Below are positions 59,686 through 64,000 of a DNA stretch of 64,000 nt, piece after piece. Origin of the DNA: Candidatus Poribacteria bacterium (lineage in GTDB: Bacteria; Poribacteria; WGA-4E; WGA-3G); NCBI GenBank assembly GCA_965215265.1, contig OZ244048.1, forward strand, positions 736,001-800,000, written 5' to 3'. The first letter of the stretch is position 1; every line of letters begins with the position of its first letter. The notes under the pieces were generated by a model, which searched no databases, was not told where the DNA came from, and saw only the letters and a list, made by a program, of their open reading frames with translations. The translations under genes were made by a program, and so were the position numbers.

Positions 59686-60579
59686 TTACTGCTTAAGTCG
59701 TGCCCAAATAGTGGCGAGCTTTCCTTCTGCTTCGACTGCAAGCGCAATGCCGGTCTTTGCGCCATTTTTACCCGTCAGATGATGCACATTCCCCGAGGCA
59801 TCTAAGAAGGTCGCCGTGCCAGCAGGCTCATCAAAATGCCACAATGCCACCGTTTTTGCGTCATTCTTGAACTGGCCGTCTGGCATAAAACCCTTTTTCT
59901 CAACATCATAACGTGCAACCCTCGAGATGCGGACCTCATCAATATATCCCGTGAAGGAACCCCACAATACTTTGGATGGCGGACGACCAGGCACCTCAAT
60001 TATCTTTCCAAACCCTCCAAGCATGAAGTCCTTTGGAAGCAAAGCACGAGGATCAAGATCATGTCCGAGGGGGTGATCTTGTTGTATTGTCTTTACGAAA
60101 TCATTGACAATCATTGTTGTCTGAGGTCCATTCGACTGATAAGCGATGTGGTGCCATTGGTTCGGCTCCAGCGGGATCGGGAAAGATATTCTCCGACCGA
60201 ACATTCCCTCAATATAGGCACTCATTAGCAAGATAAAGTCTCCCTTCGGAGGCTCTATATTATGCCCATTAGCCAGATTATTTAGCAGCGGTTGATATTC
60301 ATCGTTCACGAGAGTCAGACGCACCTGTTGATGGAGTATCGTCAATAACGTGTCCTTGTTGTCGGGCGGTGTGGTGGGATATATCCAGGCTTCAACGGTG
60401 AACTTCTTCGTGCCGTTCGGTAAAATCCTACCGAAGGTTTCAAAATCTAAGACGGCGTGATCGTCAACGCCGTCAAGGACTAAATAGTTTCCACCAGCCG
60501 GTGAAGAGGGCGGGAGTGCTTTGGCACTCAGCGGAAGGAATATAAGTAAGAGCCATGCGAGGCGTTGCCGGTATCTCAT
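59686..60579 (-). CDS. Secreted LamG-like protein
   Basis: Signal peptide, LDGVDD, FTVEAWIYP, WHHIA, GYIDEVRIS, ALWHFDE; tail AVEAEGKLATIWARLK. Confidence 0.88.
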   Translation of the reverse strand: MRYRQRLAWLLLIFLPLSAKALPPSSPAGGNYLVLDGVDDHAVLDFETFGRILPNGTKKFTVEAWIYPTTPPDNKDTLLTILHQQVRLTLVNDEYQPLLNNLANGHNIEPPKGDFILLMSAYIEGMFGRRISFPIPLEPNQWHHIAYQSNGPQTTMIVNDFVKTIQQDHPLGHDLDPRALLPKDFMLGGFGKIIEVPGRPPSKVLWGSFTGYIDEVRISRVARYDVEKKGFMPDGQFKNDAKTVALWHFDEPAGTATFLDASGNVHHLTGKNGAKTGIALAVEAEGKLATIWARLKQ

Positions 60580-60733
60580 TTTTTTCTCTCCTTTTCGTAT
60601 ATAAGCTTGTGAGTTTCGTTGTAAATCTCAGTTTTCAGTGCCGGAGCGGCCACCGTTTCTATTCTCTCTTAAAGCCACTTTTTTGTCAAAAAACAGGCAG
60701 AATCTGAAAAAAGTTGAAAAAAATAGCCCACGC

Positions 60734-61039
60734 TTAAACGTCTAAAATTGTGCAATGCCAGAGAGATTCAATCGTGGCATAATCTGTCACGTCTCGCTGA
60801 AGATGCACATGGGTCTCACGCCACAACTTCGCCGTGCTTTTCAAGAGTTGTTTCAACTGATGTAGGTAGTCTGCCAAAGATGTCGCCTGAATCTGAGCCG
60901 CGAGGTGTTTTATCTCTCTAATATGTTGTAACCGTTTCGCCTCGTTCCACCGTTGATAAGCAAACGGACCAATAACAACAACCGTCAGAATCAGCGTCAG
61001 CAATATGTACTTTTTCACAAAAAACTTCAGTCTCCACAA
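60734..61039 (-). CDS. Hypothetical protein with N-terminal TM helix (possibly a gene fragment)
   Basis: KKYILLTLILTVVVIGPFAY membrane anchor; same strand as neighbours; no recognisable family. Confidence 0.35.
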   Translation of the reverse strand: MWRLKFFVKKYILLTLILTVVVIGPFAYQRWNEAKRLQHIREIKHLAAQIQATSLADYLHQLKQLLKSTAKLWRETHVHLQRDVTDYATIESLWHCTILDV

Positions 61040-61302
61040 TTTTAGGCAATTGTCAGCCTTTTTTTTAGGCGAGTTTCGGGTTTTGAATTTTCCCTAGTGG
61101 GTAAACAGTTGCTTGTTCAACCTGCCTCAACAGCACAAAATGGGGTTCAATGCGACAGATTTTTCGTTCGTCAGATTCGACTTCAACTTTCAGAGCCACG
61201 CCAGATGTTTTTGGATATCAGTGAGCATTTTCATATTACGGCTTCAGTTGTCCCCACGGGGTTGTGAGTTTTCCTCTGATTCGACTGCCAGTAGGTTGAA
61301 TG

Positions 61303-61335
61303 AAGCGAGGACTTAGTAATGATAAGTCCTCGCTT
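61303..61335 (-). terminator. 13-bp perfect stem-loop downstream of the Cys-rich peptide gene
   Basis: AAGCGAGGACTTA-7 nt-TAAGTCCTCGCTT. Confidence 0.6.
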
Positions 61336-61378
61336 ATCTTATGTGAAAAGCCGTCTTACTTATAAACGGCTGCCCACT

Positions 61379-61636
61379 TTAATAACAACAGTCCTGCCAC
61401 GCATGATTGTCATCACTGAACCAACAACACCCGGGAGGGTCCGTACACCAAGTGTTATCACACTCTACTTGCCGCACACATGCTTCGGCTTCGGGTGCGA
61501 GCATCAGTGAGCTAAGGATTGCGCCTGTTACGACAGCCCCAGCGACTAAGGCGTTCTTATGCGCAACATGCCCATCTTCTTTGACGAAGAAATCGCTGAG
61601 ACGCTGTTTCGTCAGTTGGGCTATGTGAGTTTGCAT
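61379..61636 (-). CDS. Small Cys/Trp-rich secreted peptide / RiPP-like precursor
   Basis: AAGGAG RBS; leader with FFVKEDG, hydrophobic helix and AEA cleavage-like site; 33-aa core with 7 Cys and 3 Trp. Confidence 0.75.
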   Translation of the reverse strand: MQTHIAQLTKQRLSDFFVKEDGHVAHKNALVAGAVVTGAILSSLMLAPEAEACVRQVECDNTWCTDPPGCCWFSDDNHAWQDCCY

Positions 61637-62046
61637 GAGATTTTGTCTCCTTCACTTTGTAGTAGAACCGGTAATGTTTTAACCAGAGATGCACAAAACA
61701 TCTCAAATGTAGCAAACAACACCGCTTCTTAAAATTAAAAGTAGAGGGTTTTCGGTAAAATAATGATGAGATAGAGTGCCCTCATAACACTCTTTTCCCA
61801 GACTCGTCCGACATTACCCCGACAGTCCCACAGGCTGGTAAACCGTTGGTGCCGTGGGTAGCTTTCGACGAGGCGACAATTCTGTTTGTGTTGCTGTGAG
61901 GTGTGCGTCATCAATAACTTGTCCGCTTTCAGCAACTGTATCGTTTCGATACGAGATTTGAACCGACGCTTGAAATCGTTAACGTGCCTGACGTATGGTT
62001 CTTGATGTCGTATAGAAGCCATCTAAGAGAACACTTCTTAGAGGTA

Positions 62047-62889
62047 TCATTGTGTTTTGACTGTGAGCGGGATGCCGATCTTTGCGCCATTTTTACCCGC
62101 CAGATGGTGAGCATTCCCCGATGCATCCGAGAATATCCGCGTTCCGCCCGGCTCATCAAAATGCCACAACGCCACTGTCTTTGCGTCATTCTTGAACTTG
62201 CTGTGCGGCGTGAAACCAGTTTTATCGACATCGTAACGAGGAATCGTTGAGATGCGAACCTCATCAATATATCCCGCAAAAGCACCCCAGAAGTGGTTGT
62301 GATGCTTGGAACCAATTTTCTCTCCAAAGCCCCCAAGCACAAAATCCTTTGGACGCTCTAGACTTGACAGATCGTGTGCAATCGTTGTAGTTCGGCGTGA
62401 ACTGGCTGTCCAATTGTTAACGATTGTTGTTATTTGATGCCCATTCGCTTGGATAGCGATGTGATACCATTGTTTCAGCGGAAATGCTCTCGGGTGGTAG
62501 CCTGTCTCAGAGACCTCTCCACTGTGCGTAACATGCGCTTGAATTCTTAGGAATAAATCTCCTTTCTGCCACTCGATATCCTTTCTTATGCCCTCCCATC
62601 CAACGTGAACGTCGTTGACAACATCCATCCGCACCTGTTGGCTGAGTATCATTGCATGTATCTCATCGGCAGGCGGTGTGGTGGGATATATCCACGCTTC
62701 AACAGTAAATTCGTCCGTGCCTTCGGGTAAAAGTGTCCCGAAGGTTTCAAAATCTAGAACGGCGTAGTCATCAACTCCGTCAAGGGCTAAATAGTTTCCA
62801 CCAGCCGGTGAAGGGGGTGGGAGTGCTTTAGTACTCAGCGGCATGAAAACAAGCAAAAAGAGATAGGTAAGGATGTGTCGGTGTCTCAT
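62047..62889 (-). CDS. Secreted LamG-like protein (paralog of 59686-60579, lacks the KLxxxW tail)
   Basis: Near-identical N- and C-terminal blocks to the paralog; ends IPLTVKTQ. Confidence 0.88.
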   Translation of the reverse strand: MRHRHILTYLFLLVFMPLSTKALPPPSPAGGNYLALDGVDDYAVLDFETFGTLLPEGTDEFTVEAWIYPTTPPADEIHAMILSQQVRMDVVNDVHVGWEGIRKDIEWQKGDLFLRIQAHVTHSGEVSETGYHPRAFPLKQWYHIAIQANGHQITTIVNNWTASSRRTTTIAHDLSSLERPKDFVLGGFGEKIGSKHHNHFWGAFAGYIDEVRISTIPRYDVDKTGFTPHSKFKNDAKTVALWHFDEPGGTRIFSDASGNAHHLAGKNGAKIGIPLTVKTQ

Positions 62890-63105
62890 TGAAAAGTCCT
62901 TTCTGATAGGGGATTGACATGAGAACGCAAAGAGAGTGTGTTTTGCATCTGTGGCAATCCTCTGTATTGTATTAAGGTGCTAACCGAAACATCCCACAAA
63001 ACAACTCCATTCTATGATATACTTTCGGTTAGTGCCGTCATTTCACTCTCAACTCGCAGTAGACATGGCTCATATCATCACGATCACGTCTGCTGCATCA
63101 TAGTA

Positions 63106-63174
63106 AACGAAAGTTAACATACATTCCCTCTTTTGAGTCCAAAAAAGGGATAAACCTGAAGCAGCCTGAATCGC
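63106..63174. repeat. Conserved non-coding element, copy B (3' of ECF sigma gene)
   Basis: 63/69 identical to 59016-59084. Confidence 0.9.
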
Positions 63175-63177
63175 ACG

Positions 63178-63762
63178 TTAGGACTTCTCGTTTTTCGGCG
63201 GAAACGGCACACCGAAATGCTTGAAGACGATCTGCCTAATCTTCCGCCACCTAGACTTCGCCGTGTTCTCAGGGATATTCAAACGAACCCCTATCTCAGG
63301 AAAAGTCAAACCCTGTTCACGTAATCTCGCTACTTCTACATACTTGGAACCCAGCTTCCTGATAACCGTCATCGCCTTTTCTTCATCAGACACGTCTCGA
63401 GGCAGATGCCGGCGTGACTCTCGCTCCTCTGCGTCCCACCGGATATCTATGGCGATAGCAAACGCATCCTGTTCTTTAGCAAGCTGCCGCCCGAAATCGA
63501 GACATTTGCTCCGCGTCACCTGCTTCACCCACTTGTCCACGGCGCGGATGCCGTGAGGATTCCTGCGAAACCTGACCACTATTGCCGCACGCGCATCTAA
63601 ATACACATCCTCTACCGCGTAAGCCGGCACCTCCCGGCGGACGATACTCATCATCAGCGGTTTATACTTGTCAAGGAGTGCCACGAGGGCGGCATCGTCC
63701 CCTTTTTGGATGCGTTCAAGTAAGTGAGTGTCTGAATTCGTTGTCAAAGTTTCAGGTTCCAT
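63178..63762 (-). CDS. ECF-type sigma-70 factor (divergent)
   Basis: SD..LL.RI..GD..A...L..KY region 2 start; GLTFPEIG.RLNIPENTAKSR region 4.2. Confidence 0.85.
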   Translation of the reverse strand: MEPETLTTNSDTHLLERIQKGDDAALVALLDKYKPLMMSIVRREVPAYAVEDVYLDARAAIVVRFRRNPHGIRAVDKWVKQVTRSKCLDFGRQLAKEQDAFAIAIDIRWDAEERESRRHLPRDVSDEEKAMTVIRKLGSKYVEVARLREQGLTFPEIGVRLNIPENTAKSRWRKIRQIVFKHFGVPFPPKNEKS

Positions 63763-63936
63763 GTGCTATTCTTAAGGTGTCGGAAAAAGTGAAATATGTC
63801 CCGCCACCTTACAAGTGATTAAATTTGTCGCGGGAAGTCACCGTTTTTTTTATATTTCGTTCATTTTTTTCCGCCATCTATAAGAACAAGACGTAAAAAA
63901 AAAGCAAAACGGTCACACGATGTAAAAATTCATAAA

Positions 63937-63969
63937 TTTGTAACAAATTTGTAACAAGTTTGTCACAAT
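63937..63969. repeat. Three 11-bp tandem repeats, OmpR/PhoB-box-like
   Basis: TTTGTAACAAA TTTGTAACAAG TTTGTCACAAT. Confidence 0.75.
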
Positions 63970-64000
63970 TTCAGGTAAAAAATGCGAATTAGGGGCGTGC

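Noticed and set aside
61735-62022. 95-aa ORF between LamG and the peptide gene
   Set aside because: No RBS or recognisable motif; may be non-coding or decayed
171-63818. Numerous 60-200 aa antisense or nested ORFs in the track
   Set aside because: They lie within well-supported genes on another frame and show no family motifs

Overview
Bacterial chromosomal window. It is most consistent with Candidatus Poribacteria, an inference from three PhyH dioxygenases, sulfatases, SUMF1/FGE-sulfatase proteins, a DUF6785-type membrane protein and LamG proteins ending in an AVExxxKLxxxWxxLK tail. Core blocks: tRNA cluster-tig-clpP-clpX-lon, asd-mtnK-DnaJ-type chaperone-aminotransferase, HU, and ffh-rpsP-khpA-trmD-rplS-rnhB (no rimM). 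There are six tRNA genes. Two accessory regions stand out. (1) ~26.1-31.1 kb is a surface-lipoprotein island: an FGE-sulfatase (CLec-fold) gene with hallmarks of a remote diversity-generating retroelement target (NNY-rich C-terminal segment plus downstream GC hairpin; no RT or TR seen here), a truncated paralog, a 5'-truncated Rpn gene with an internal start, and two NPCBM-like lipoproteins. (2) ~55-64 kb holds a degenerate, tail-less FtsZ paralog behind two tandem consensus sigma-54 promoters and next to a sensor-less sigma-54 activator. It converges on a duplicated ECF-sigma module (one intact, one internally deleted) whose cargo is LamG proteins and small secreted Cys-rich peptides. All assignments come from motif recognition by eye; no database searches were run.
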